Shown here in pieces: positions 44,199 through 53,107 of a stretch of DNA of 64,000 nucleotides. The stretch spans positions 1,187 through 65,186 of the IMG/VR virus record IMGVR_UViG_3300046523_000171; one strand, 5' to 3'. Below the pieces are notes generated by a model. The model searched no databases. It saw only the letters and a list, made by a program, of their open reading frames with translations, and was not told the DNA's origin. The translations under genes were made by a program, and so were the position numbers. The stretch's first letter is position 1; the number at the start of each line of letters is the position of its first letter. Source of the stretch: a virus. Taxonomy: Duplodnaviria; Caudoviricetes.

Positions 44199-46640
44199 TT
44201 AAGTTCCTTGATTATCTTTCGTGTATGCGTCCCAATGACGGTCCCAATTCGTATCCCAATGTCCGGCCAGGTCAGGGTTCGGATCTTCGGGGTCCGGCTC
44301 GGGCGGCGGGTCCACCGGGTCCGGCCAGTCAGGCGGTACATCTGGTGGTGGCGGTGGACCGCTGCCGTCATCGCCGCCGCCATTATCGCCGGGGTCAGGA
44401 TCGCCACTGTTATCGCCGCCGCCCCCGCCTGTCGGTGGTGGAGTCGGGCCGCCTGGCGTTGGGCCGGTGTCGCCGTTGCCGCCGCCTGTCGGTGGTGGGA
44501 GTTGACCGCCGCCTGGTGGTTTGCCAGGTGGGCACGAGTAGGACGGCAGGGCCAGCGGGATCACATAGTATTGCCACGACACGAGCGTGCCGCGAATCGC
44601 TTCCAGCTTCATGCCGACCGTGACCCGGCCGCACACGTTCAAAAGATTGCCCGCACGATAGCCGTCCGTTTTCGCCATGCCGTAGCTGTAGACGAACTCG
44701 CTGCCGTCCACGATCTGCTCGCGCACGGTGACGGTGTAGGACTTCTTCGATGCCTGGTCGTACAGGTTCAGCGTGATCGACAGCTTGTACTTCTGGCCGT
44801 CCTCGGGCGCGCGCGTGGCCGCATGGTGATCGACGGCGTTGCCGCCCTGCGTGTCGCGGTTGCGATGCGCCCAGGTGATGCGCGTGTCCTGATCGGCCGG
44901 GATGACGCTGCCTTTGTACCAGGGCAGGCCGTTCACCAGCACCTCGCCCGGCGCGTATGGCCGCTCGACGCGATGCTGCATATCCACGCGGTCGGTCGGC
45001 ACCTGCTTCAGATCCAGCGGCGGGCCGTAGACGGCGGGAACCATCTTCACCTGCGCGGCGCTGCCGTTCTGGTTGTACGAGTCGAGGGTGTACGGATAGG
45101 CGGTCGGATCGTTGCCAGCGGCGGCCTCGACGAACCACACGCGCGCACCGACGTTGTGCTTTGTCGGCACCGTGTCGTAGCAGCCGCGCGCGATGGTGAA
45201 GCTGTCGGCCGTGCGAGCGTCGATGCGGATGAACTCAGCGTCCACGAGCGCCACCTGGCCGACCTGCACGTTCGACAGCGGCACGCCGTCGAGGAACGAG
45301 GTCTTGCCGATCACCAGCGTCGTGTCGAGATAGTCGAGCGTCGCGCCGACAGTCACCCAGGGCGTGAAGTCGGGATCGAGGCGCTTCTGGTATTCGGCCA
45401 GATCACCACGACCAGCGGGCCAGTCGTAGCGCGTCCAGATCGAGTGCGCATCGGTCAGTCGGTCGGACGGGCGAGCGACCACCGTGACCACCTTCGGATC
45501 GACGCCGACGCCGCGCTTGCGCAGCAGGGCATACGGTGCCTCGAACAGATTGCGATTCAAGTCCGTGTAGAAGTTCGTCTCTTGGCCGATGCCCTGGTGC
45601 AGATTCGCCACGAACAGGCCATGCGTCGGGCCGTTGGCGTCGTTCTGCGCGTCGGTGAGGTTCTGCGCCGACATCGCGGCAAGCTGCGCAGCCGTCATGC
45701 CATCGAGCGGCGGGAAGTCGTTGTTCATCGCGTCGGTGAGGTTCTGCGCCGACAGCGCGGCAAGCTGGCTCGCCTTGATGAAGTAGCCCTGCGTGTTCAC
45801 GCGGAACGGGATCACATAGCCCTGCCACGAGATCAGATCGTTGCGCTGCGCGAACAGCACGAGGTAGCCGGGCACGTAGCTGCCGATCTCCGATTCGAGC
45901 GCGCCCAGGTCGGCCATGCCCTGCATCCATTCGTACGTCCACGATGCCGGGATCTTCTGGCCGTAGCGGTCCTTCTGCTGCGCCATGATGCCGGTGTACT
46001 CGCGCTTCAGGACTTTGTTCTGATCGTAGACGCGCACGAGATAGCTGGTGCCTGGCTCGGGGCCGATGTCGCTGTCGTCGTGGTCGATAAGCTGGTCGGC
46101 CTCGATGGTGCGGTCGCGGTATGTCCACGTCAGCACGAGGTTCGCCGCGTCGGCCGACAGGGTTTGCAGGTTCCACCAGCGATCCCCGTTGGCGAGGACG
46201 TGGCCTGGCGGGTATGGCCGCGCGAACCGCTGCTGGTATTCCACAACGTCGATTGCGCTGCTGTCCTTCGGATCGAGTTTGCCGCTGGTCGTGTACGGGG
46301 AATACTTGATCGCGTTGACCTCGCCCGCCGTGTGTTCCTTGCCGTCGCTGCCGACCGTGTTGATCTCGACGAACCAGGCCAGGGTGTTCGCCGGATGCTG
46401 GCGCGGCACGGTGTCGGCGCAACCGCGCTTGACGGTGACGCTGCCCTGGCCGATGGCCGTGACCTGCATCCATTCGTCATCGACCAGCACGGCCATGCCG
46501 ACCTTCAGCGAGTCGGTGCGTGGGAAGTTGGCCTCGCCCAGCACGAGGGTCCGGTCGAGGTAATCCATCGCGTCATGCAGCGTGGCGAGCGGCGTGAAGT
46601 TGGCCTGCCTGCTGCTCGACTGATATTCACTATTTGCCAT
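44199..46640 (-). CDS. Tail-tip protein B (internally duplicated; Pro/Gly linker; W-rich end)
   Basis: Two RGCxDTVP..H and RPYxPG units; paralog of 46701-48512. Confidence 0.75.
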   Translation of the reverse strand: MANSEYQSSSRQANFTPLATLHDAMDYLDRTLVLGEANFPRTDSLKVGMAVLVDDEWMQVTAIGQGSVTVKRGCADTVPRQHPANTLAWFVEINTVGSDGKEHTAGEVNAIKYSPYTTSGKLDPKDSSAIDVVEYQQRFARPYPPGHVLANGDRWWNLQTLSADAANLVLTWTYRDRTIEADQLIDHDDSDIGPEPGTSYLVRVYDQNKVLKREYTGIMAQQKDRYGQKIPASWTYEWMQGMADLGALESEIGSYVPGYLVLFAQRNDLISWQGYVIPFRVNTQGYFIKASQLAALSAQNLTDAMNNDFPPLDGMTAAQLAAMSAQNLTDAQNDANGPTHGLFVANLHQGIGQETNFYTDLNRNLFEAPYALLRKRGVGVDPKVVTVVARPSDRLTDAHSIWTRYDWPAGRGDLAEYQKRLDPDFTPWVTVGATLDYLDTTLVIGKTSFLDGVPLSNVQVGQVALVDAEFIRIDARTADSFTIARGCYDTVPTKHNVGARVWFVEAAAGNDPTAYPYTLDSYNQNGSAAQVKMVPAVYGPPLDLKQVPTDRVDMQHRVERPYAPGEVLVNGLPWYKGSVIPADQDTRITWAHRNRDTQGGNAVDHHAATRAPEDGQKYKLSITLNLYDQASKKSYTVTVREQIVDGSEFVYSYGMAKTDGYRAGNLLNVCGRVTVGMKLEAIRGTLVSWQYYVIPLALPSYSCPPGKPPGGGQLPPPTGGGNGDTGPTPGGPTPPPTGGGGGDNSGDPDPGDNGGGDDGSGPPPPPDVPPDWPDPVDPPPEPDPEDPNPDLAGHWDTNWDRHWDAYTKDNQGT

Positions 46641-46702
46641 AAATCGTTTATACCGTTTGAATAGTTTGGTTCGTTTATACGGTTTATTCTGTTTATACCG
46701 TT
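46640..46702 (+). repeat. 19-bp motif copy 3 plus two partial copies
   Basis: TAAATCGTTTATACCGTTT (46640), TCGTTTATACGGTTT (46671), GTTTATACCGTT (46691). Confidence 0.9.
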
Positions 46703-48512
46703 AGCACGGATACGACGGAACGCGGATCGGCGCGACGTACGACTGGTACGACTCGATCCCGTCGCGCGCGGCCATGATGCGGCAGTAGATCACCACCGTG
46801 CCGCAGATCCCCAGCGCCCGGCCAGCAGCGTCGCCGTCAGCCTGCGCCATCGCGTAGGTGTAGGCGTATTGGAGCGCGGTCACGTCCACCTGGCGCAGCG
46901 TGTGCTCGACGGGCGGATCACCAGCGTTCGCGGGCGGCGTCGTGTAGAAGAACCGCAGGCGCGTGGTCTGGTTCAGTTCCGGCGCAGTGTCGGCCGCCGC
47001 GTGCTCCACGAGTTGCGAGCCTTGCGTGACGCGGTTGCGCCGCGCCCACGAGATCACGACGGACTGACCGATCACGGCCTGCGCTTCCTCGAACCACGGA
47101 CGACCGGCCACCACGATCCGGCCAGGCGCGTACGGCCGCAGCGCGCGCATGACGTGCGTGAACGACTGTGCCGGAAGCTGCGCCACCGGGATCGCCGCGC
47201 CATACACGCCAGGCTGAATGAAGTAGGTCACGGTGTCCGTCGCGGCATGGTTGAACGTGTCGAACGGGATTGCGGTCGGATCGAAGAACCAGGCCAGCGC
47301 GCCAGCGGCATGCGCGGTCGGCACGGTGTCGGCGCAGCCGCGCGCCACCTCGATCTGCTTGTCGCTGATAACGCGGGTCACGCGCACGATCTCGCCGTCG
47401 ATCAGGCCCATCATGCCCACCAGGGCCGAGGACAGCGGCACGCCGTCGAACAGCGACGACGAGCGCACGTTGATGATCGTTTCGAGTTCCGGCAGGCGGA
47501 AGTCCAGTGTGACCCAGGGCGTGTACTTCGCGCTCGGTGCTGGCGTGGTGTCGTCGGCGCGCATGGCGAACGTGTCGGACATGCGATCAGCCGGGCGAGC
47601 GGCCACGGCGAAAGCGAAGTTCCCGTTGGCGTCCACGCCGCGCTGCGCGTTCATGACGTACGGCGACTCGAACACCTGCGATGCGAATGCCATGTAGTTC
47701 GAGTCCAGCGGATAGGCAGGGGTCAGCGCGAAGGTGCCCTCGTAGTGCTGCCAGGCTTCCAGGCCATCGCGCGCAGCCGTCAGCGTGAAGGTCGGGTTCA
47801 CCACCTCGCTCGGGTTGCCCTGGTCGTGCGTGGCCTGCGCGCGGCGGTAGGTGAAGGCGTTGCCGACGATGCCGACTTCCTCGCGCACCAGCGCCTTCGT
47901 GACGGAGTGGTAGACGCGCATCGTGTAGGTGACACCAGGCTCGGGGCCAACACTGTCGTCGTCGTGGCCGATCAGCCGGTCGGCTTGCAGGATGCGGTCG
48001 CGGTGGACCCAGGACATGTACAGGCCCGGCACGGCGTCGTCGATGGACAGCGCGCCATACCAGCGCGTACCGTTGACCATGACCTTCGCGGGCGCGTACG
48101 GGCGCGACATGCGGAAGTTCATGGTGAGCGAGATCGGATTGACCAGTTCCATCGGCACCGATCCGGCCACGGTGTACGGCGACACCTTCAGGCCAATCGT
48201 CTCGCCCGCGTTCCATTCCTTCCGGTCGCCGCCGACGCTGGACACGTCGAAGATCCAGCAGATCAGGCCAGCGCCGTGCGGTGCCGGGATGGTGTCGGCG
48301 CAGCCGCGCTTCACGACCAGCGTGTTCTCGCTGAACGCGACCAGGGACATGATCTCTTCCTCGATCATCACGACCATGCCCAGCGCGAGCGGCCGGGCGA
48401 TGTTCGAGACGGTGTAGGGGATCATCGTGGTTTCGCGGTCCATCGACTCGTCGAGTTTGGCGATGCTGGCGAAAGCGCCGAGGCCCGTTTTGTTGTATTC
48501 GCTATTTGCCAT
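46701..48512 (-). CDS. Tail-tip protein A (internally duplicated)
   Basis: Starts MANSEY like its paralog; two RGCADT units. Confidence 0.75.
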   Translation of the reverse strand: MANSEYNKTGLGAFASIAKLDESMDRETTMIPYTVSNIARPLALGMVVMIEEEIMSLVAFSENTLVVKRGCADTIPAPHGAGLICWIFDVSSVGGDRKEWNAGETIGLKVSPYTVAGSVPMELVNPISLTMNFRMSRPYAPAKVMVNGTRWYGALSIDDAVPGLYMSWVHRDRILQADRLIGHDDDSVGPEPGVTYTMRVYHSVTKALVREEVGIVGNAFTYRRAQATHDQGNPSEVVNPTFTLTAARDGLEAWQHYEGTFALTPAYPLDSNYMAFASQVFESPYVMNAQRGVDANGNFAFAVAARPADRMSDTFAMRADDTTPAPSAKYTPWVTLDFRLPELETIINVRSSSLFDGVPLSSALVGMMGLIDGEIVRVTRVISDKQIEVARGCADTVPTAHAAGALAWFFDPTAIPFDTFNHAATDTVTYFIQPGVYGAAIPVAQLPAQSFTHVMRALRPYAPGRIVVAGRPWFEEAQAVIGQSVVISWARRNRVTQGSQLVEHAAADTAPELNQTTRLRFFYTTPPANAGDPPVEHTLRQVDVTALQYAYTYAMAQADGDAAGRALGICGTVVIYCRIMAARDGIESYQSYVAPIRVPSYPC

Positions 48513-48513
48513 G

Positions 48514-50091
48514 TCAGGTCGTCGGTGGGAGATCGTCAGGGGTCGGTTCGCTCGGCTTCACGTAGATGTTGTAGCCCAGGGACAGGTCGGTTGGCTTCTC
48601 GGCCACGGTGCCGAGGAATCCGGCGTCGTCGGTGATGTAGTCGAAGTCGGCAGGCTTCATCGCGCCTTTCAGCAGGAAGTACGGCACCTCGAACGCGCGG
48701 TGGCGGCCCAGCTTCGGTTGCGTGACCGGCTTGACGCCTGCGGGCGGTTGGTCGCCAGTGAACGAGGCCAGCGGCAGGCCGAACACGTCCTGCACTGCGG
48801 TGATGGTGATGGTCCCGTTTTGCAGCGTGCCGTCCTCGACGCGGCCGACGCGAACGATCACGTCGCGGATACCGCGCACCGTGTCGCGGATGCGCAGCAC
48901 GTCGGCGGGCGCGATCTTCCAACCGGCGCGGTCCATCGTGATCGAGAATCGGCGCAGCGCGATTGCGTTCATGCGGAGATCCCGCTGCGCGACGCGCGCG
49001 GCCAGGCCCAGGGTCGGAATGCCGTTGTACGTTTTCTTCATCGAGTTGAACACGCCGCGCGACGCCTGAAGCGATGCGAGGTTCTGCGCGTTCTTCGTGC
49101 GTGTCTCGTCAGTCACCGGGTCCGTGTACTCGACCACCACCTCGTTGATCGCCGGGCCGAGGGCCGCGACTTCGCTTTCGGTGATCGCCAGGATGCCGCT
49201 ATCCGTGTCGTAGATCGGCAGCGTTTTCGGATCGTAGTCGTAGCGGATCAGCTTCAGGGTGATGAGGGCGGTCGCGCGGTCGGAGTAGACGACAGCGCCG
49301 ATGTGGTCGATGACGGACTGGATGAACGATTCGAGCGTATCGCGGCGGTTCCAGCGCATGCACAGGCCGAATTCCTCGTCGAACAGCGTGTCGGCAGCTT
49401 TGGCGAACGATGCGATGTCGAGCGCGGATGCGGGCAGGCCACGGCCCCACTCGCGGTTCGTGTAGCACTCGTACAGCATGTGCGCCGGGTTCATCGCCTT
49501 GATCTCGGGCGTGTAGGTGACAGTCTGCGATTCGTACGTCTCGGCCTCGTACTGCGACATCGCGCCGTTGTAGGCGTCGGCCATCGTGTCGTGCAGGTCG
49601 CCGCCCGTATAGTCCATGCGCTTCGGCGTGTAGATCACGTCGGTCTGCGTGACGCCGTGCAGCAGGATCATCGCCTTCTCGGGATACCAGCACTCGCCAT
49701 CCCAGCCTTTCAGCGCGCGGCGCACGCGGAACTTCCAGGCTTTCGGGTATGCCGAGTTCGACGAGATCTGGCCGTTGTAGAACGCGGTGAACATGCGGCG
49801 GAATCCCGGCAGCGCGTGGCCCAGCATCGACACCAGCGCGCTCGGCGCTGTCTGCGTCACCTCGCCCATCAGCAGCTTCAGCGTACCCACGATGCCGCCT
49901 TCCTGCTTGTCGCCGCCGAACAGTTCAGGCTGATTGATGAAGATGTCGCTCGTGGTGGTGACGCTGCCTTCCCAGGCTTTCTTGTCGCCCACCTTGATCG
50001 CCACCATTTCATCCACCGGGCCGCGTGAAATGCCCATGTGGATACCGAAGCTGTACTTGTACCCTGTTACGGGATCGCTACCCTTACCCAT
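48514..50091 (-). CDS. Central tail/baseplate hub protein (phage-tail_3/GpJ-like)
   Basis: YKYSFGIHMGISRGPVD, NPAHMLYECYTNREWGRG, PGD-like APADVLRI. Confidence 0.8.
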   Translation of the reverse strand: MGKGSDPVTGYKYSFGIHMGISRGPVDEMVAIKVGDKKAWEGSVTTTSDIFINQPELFGGDKQEGGIVGTLKLLMGEVTQTAPSALVSMLGHALPGFRRMFTAFYNGQISSNSAYPKAWKFRVRRALKGWDGECWYPEKAMILLHGVTQTDVIYTPKRMDYTGGDLHDTMADAYNGAMSQYEAETYESQTVTYTPEIKAMNPAHMLYECYTNREWGRGLPASALDIASFAKAADTLFDEEFGLCMRWNRRDTLESFIQSVIDHIGAVVYSDRATALITLKLIRYDYDPKTLPIYDTDSGILAITESEVAALGPAINEVVVEYTDPVTDETRTKNAQNLASLQASRGVFNSMKKTYNGIPTLGLAARVAQRDLRMNAIALRRFSITMDRAGWKIAPADVLRIRDTVRGIRDVIVRVGRVEDGTLQNGTITITAVQDVFGLPLASFTGDQPPAGVKPVTQPKLGRHRAFEVPYFLLKGAMKPADFDYITDDAGFLGTVAEKPTDLSLGYNIYVKPSEPTPDDLPPTT

Positions 50092-50299
50092 TGCTTGCCT
50101 CTTTCAGTTTGGCTTCCTCTTCCTTCGCTTTGCTGACGACGACGTTGCCGAAGTGGTCGCCCAGCGCGAGGATCGCTTCGGCGTCGATGCCGTTCTTGAG
50201 GAAGTCGGGATAGTTGATGTTGTGGCGCTCGAACCAGGCGCGCGTGCCGGACGCGCAGAGATTCGCCTGGCGCACATGACGGATGCGCACGGTCGTCAT
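50084..50299 (-). CDS. Small tail assembly protein
   Basis: IRHVRQANLCASGTRAWFERH...GIDAEAILALGD. Confidence 0.7.
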   Translation of the reverse strand: MTTVRIRHVRQANLCASGTRAWFERHNINYPDFLKNGIDAEAILALGDHFGNVVVSKAKEEEAKLKEASNG

Positions 50300-50610
50300 T
50301 TCTTACCGCCGCCAGCGTGGATCTCATCGACCTTGTAGTTGCCCACTGCGAGCACCATCCAGTCGCCCGACCAGCAATCACCGAAGATCACTGCTTGCGG
50401 CGTACCCTCGTCGGCCTTCGGGAAGTCGATGTCATCGAACGCGGTAGGACCGGCACCTTCGTTCTTCGGCTTCGGCGTCAGCGCATAGCTGATAAGGAAG
50501 GACGCGATCATCAGGTAGAGCGCGTCATCCCATCCCATCACGCCCATGAGGCTATACATCAGCCCCATGCGCACCACGCCGACGATGTAGCGCCGCAGCA
50601 GGTCTTTCAT
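50296..50610 (-). CDS. Tail assembly protein with hydrophobic N-terminus
   Basis: SYALTPKP...FPKADEGTPQAVIFG. Confidence 0.7.
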   Translation of the reverse strand: MKDLLRRYIVGVVRMGLMYSLMGVMGWDDALYLMIASFLISYALTPKPKNEGAGPTAFDDIDFPKADEGTPQAVIFGDCWSGDWMVLAVGNYKVDEIHAGGGKK

Positions 50611-50626
50611 GTGTTAATCCCTTGTT

Positions 50627-51442
50627 TTAGAAAACCGGATTTCCGTCGAACGGTGACTTCCCAGGAAGGTCGGGAATGCCGCCGAAGTTATCCAGATTGT
50701 TGAACTTTCCGGTGCAGTCTCCCGTCGTGCGATTGCAGCCGGGGTACGCCGTGACTTGAAGGCCGTAGTATAGCCCGTCAGTAATACCGAACATGGCGCA
50801 GGCGGTCCCGATCTGCTGCTCGATGCCGAGGAATTCGGTGCCGCGCGAAGGGTGCTCCCACTGGATAAATCCGCCGTCAAATTTGCCGTCAGCGCCGGTC
50901 ATTCCCTGGAAGTAGACGGTGCTGCCAACCACGTCGGCCACGACCACCTGCTGCCCGAACTGCGACTTGTCCACCTTGCAGTTCAACTCGTCGTAGAGGG
51001 CGTACGGGCAGTTGCGTTGCCAGGCCAGGCGCAGGCCGTCGCGCTGCATAGACGCGCTGATCGTGCCGCAGGTGATGGTCGCGGTGCCGGGCGACGGTTG
51101 GTTCACCTGAAGCAGTTCGCCCATGTAGCCGAGGATGCTTTGCGTGTCACCCTCGTGGTAGTGATAGATGCGGACCATGATCGTTTGCGACGGCGGCGCG
51201 CCGAAGAACATCTGGACCGGCGCGATGGTGTTCGGGGCCGTGATCGTCAGGTTGTCGGTCTGCGCGTCGCCGGTCAGCTTCACGCCATCGTCCGAGATCG
51301 GCATGGCTTTCCACTGGTATCCGTCAACGCTAATGTCGGCGTCGGCCGAGGTGTAGCGCCAGGTGGCCGCGCCCAGGGTGAACGAGTACAGGTAGATGGG
51401 GCGGCCATCATCGTTGCTTGTCTCGATTGCTGCAAACGTCAT
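50627..51442 (-). CDS. DUF2163/BR0599-type tail tip protein (gpL-like Cys cluster)
   Basis: WQRNCPYALYD..C, GCNRTTGDC..KFNNLDNFGG.P..P. Confidence 0.85.
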   Translation of the reverse strand: MTFAAIETSNDDGRPIYLYSFTLGAATWRYTSADADISVDGYQWKAMPISDDGVKLTGDAQTDNLTITAPNTIAPVQMFFGAPPSQTIMVRIYHYHEGDTQSILGYMGELLQVNQPSPGTATITCGTISASMQRDGLRLAWQRNCPYALYDELNCKVDKSQFGQQVVVADVVGSTVYFQGMTGADGKFDGGFIQWEHPSRGTEFLGIEQQIGTACAMFGITDGLYYGLQVTAYPGCNRTTGDCTGKFNNLDNFGGIPDLPGKSPFDGNPVF

Positions 51443-53103
51443 TGGTGAATCCTCTTATCGGTGAACTGGTGGAGCACCACGGCCACGTCGATGCTGACCT
51501 GATTGCTCGACGGGTGGTGGATCTCGAACTGGTCTTGATCGAAGCGCGTCTCGGTGACGAACGAGATCCGCTTCAGGTCCGCGAGTCTAATCGACGGCAG
51601 CGCCGCGTCCAGGGTCAGGGACTCGCCCACGGCCAGCATGCCGTCGTACACGGTGGCCGCGTTCGTGACCGTGCGATACAGCGTCGGCGCGCCGTTGTGG
51701 AACTGGAACGCGAGTTGAATTCGTAGCGGCTGCGGCGACGTGATCGCGGACCTGAAGCCCTGGTTGCAGATCATCAGCGTCGCGCCTTCGATCTGGTCGT
51801 CCATCGGGTACACGTCGTTCGTGAAGGTCGGACACATGAACTTCTTGGCCCGGCCGCGCGCCGCCTGAAGGAACTGCCGCAGCGCGAATGCCTGCGAGCG
51901 GCCGAACAGGCGCAGCTTCGCCTGCGTGCTGGTCGTCGTGTACTTGCCGTGGTCGATCACGAACGGCGCGCCGGTCTGGTTGTCCACGGTGTACGCCTTG
52001 CGCGAGTAGTTCACGATCATGCCGTCCGTCCAGTCGGGCGACCAGTGGAACAGCGGTTGCCCCGACATGTTCGCGCCGAAGGAGCCAGGGATCTCGTACG
52101 GCTCGGACAGGTCGAAGAGGATCTGCGCGCGCGCCACGGTGTCGGTGATATTCGTGACCTGCGGCGGCTGCGTGTAGATGCGGGCCTCGCGCATCGGATA
52201 GATCCGCGTGCCGACCGGCCAGGTGCGGCGCGGTGGGAACGCCCACGAGAAGCGGGTGGCCTCGACATCACCGACTTGCAGTACGTCGTACTCGTCGGGA
52301 TTGCCGTTGTTGACGAACACGAGATCGCCCTTGCGGAACTCGCGCAGCGCCAGGTTATCCAGGGTCACGCCGGTCGCTTCCATGTCCAGGCCATCGGCCA
52401 TGCGCACCTGCTCGTGCCACAGCGGCAGCATGAACGATCCGGCACCGATGCCGACGAGGAAGGAGTCGATGCGGTTGCGCTGCATGCGCTGACGCAGGAA
52501 CGACGCCTCGAACTGACGGCGCGCGTTGCGGCGCACCGAGCGGCGCTGCTCGGCGTCCGTCTCGCTCGCCAGCACGTCGGTCTGCCAGATCAGGCGCTCG
52601 GTGATCCCGTTCTCCCAATTCGGCAGCGTGGAGAACACCGGCAGGCTGAAGCGCACGTCATCGAGCGTCGGCAGATCGTCGTCGCTGATTGCGATGTCGT
52701 CGAGCACCCAGCCGGTCTTGTCCGAGGCGTAGACGGTGTTGCCGTCCTTGTCCAGAATGACCAGGCCGAAGTAGCACGGAGTCGGCGCGGTCGGCAGGTT
52801 TTGCAGAACCACGTCGATGCGGAAGTCGCCCTGCGAGATATACAGGACGTTCGAGGCGGGCGCGCCCAGCACGCACGACAGCACAATGCGGCTGTCGAAC
52901 TGCGTGGTGCCCAGCCACAGCGTCGCCGCGTCGTCGGCGTTCATGAGGAACGTGTATTCGCCCTCGGTGAAGTTGAAGCGGCGCGACAGGTAGTAGGTGC
53001 GAGCACCCCCTGCCGAGCCGATTGGATCTGCCACCGACACCATCTTCTCGCCGTGGTCGGCGGGCGGATCGTAGTCGAAGTCGAAGGGGGTGCGAAGCGT
53101 CAC
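51439..53103 (-). CDS. Distal tail protein with N-terminal PA14-like domain
   Basis: GEYTFLMNADDAATLWLG; PNWENGITERLIWQTDVL...EQRRSVR. Confidence 0.72.
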   Translation of the reverse strand: MTLRTPFDFDYDPPADHGEKMVSVADPIGSAGGARTYYLSRRFNFTEGEYTFLMNADDAATLWLGTTQFDSRIVLSCVLGAPASNVLYISQGDFRIDVVLQNLPTAPTPCYFGLVILDKDGNTVYASDKTGWVLDDIAISDDDLPTLDDVRFSLPVFSTLPNWENGITERLIWQTDVLASETDAEQRRSVRRNARRQFEASFLRQRMQRNRIDSFLVGIGAGSFMLPLWHEQVRMADGLDMEATGVTLDNLALREFRKGDLVFVNNGNPDEYDVLQVGDVEATRFSWAFPPRRTWPVGTRIYPMREARIYTQPPQVTNITDTVARAQILFDLSEPYEIPGSFGANMSGQPLFHWSPDWTDGMIVNYSRKAYTVDNQTGAPFVIDHGKYTTTSTQAKLRLFGRSQAFALRQFLQAARGRAKKFMCPTFTNDVYPMDDQIEGATLMICNQGFRSAITSPQPLRIQLAFQFHNGAPTLYRTVTNAATVYDGMLAVGESLTLDAALPSIRLADLKRISFVTETRFDQDQFEIHHPSSNQVSIDVAVVLHQFTDKRIHQ

Positions 53104-53107
53104 GGTT

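Noticed and set aside
35440-48512. Diversity-generating retroelement acting on tail genes
   Set aside because: No reverse transcriptase and no TR/VR pair differing at adenines; paralog similarity is at protein level.
48505-48520. Stop readthrough fusing the hub to the MANSEY gene (TGA-C-ATG)
   Set aside because: The downstream gene is out of frame by 1 nt, and its paralog starts independently with the same MANSEY.
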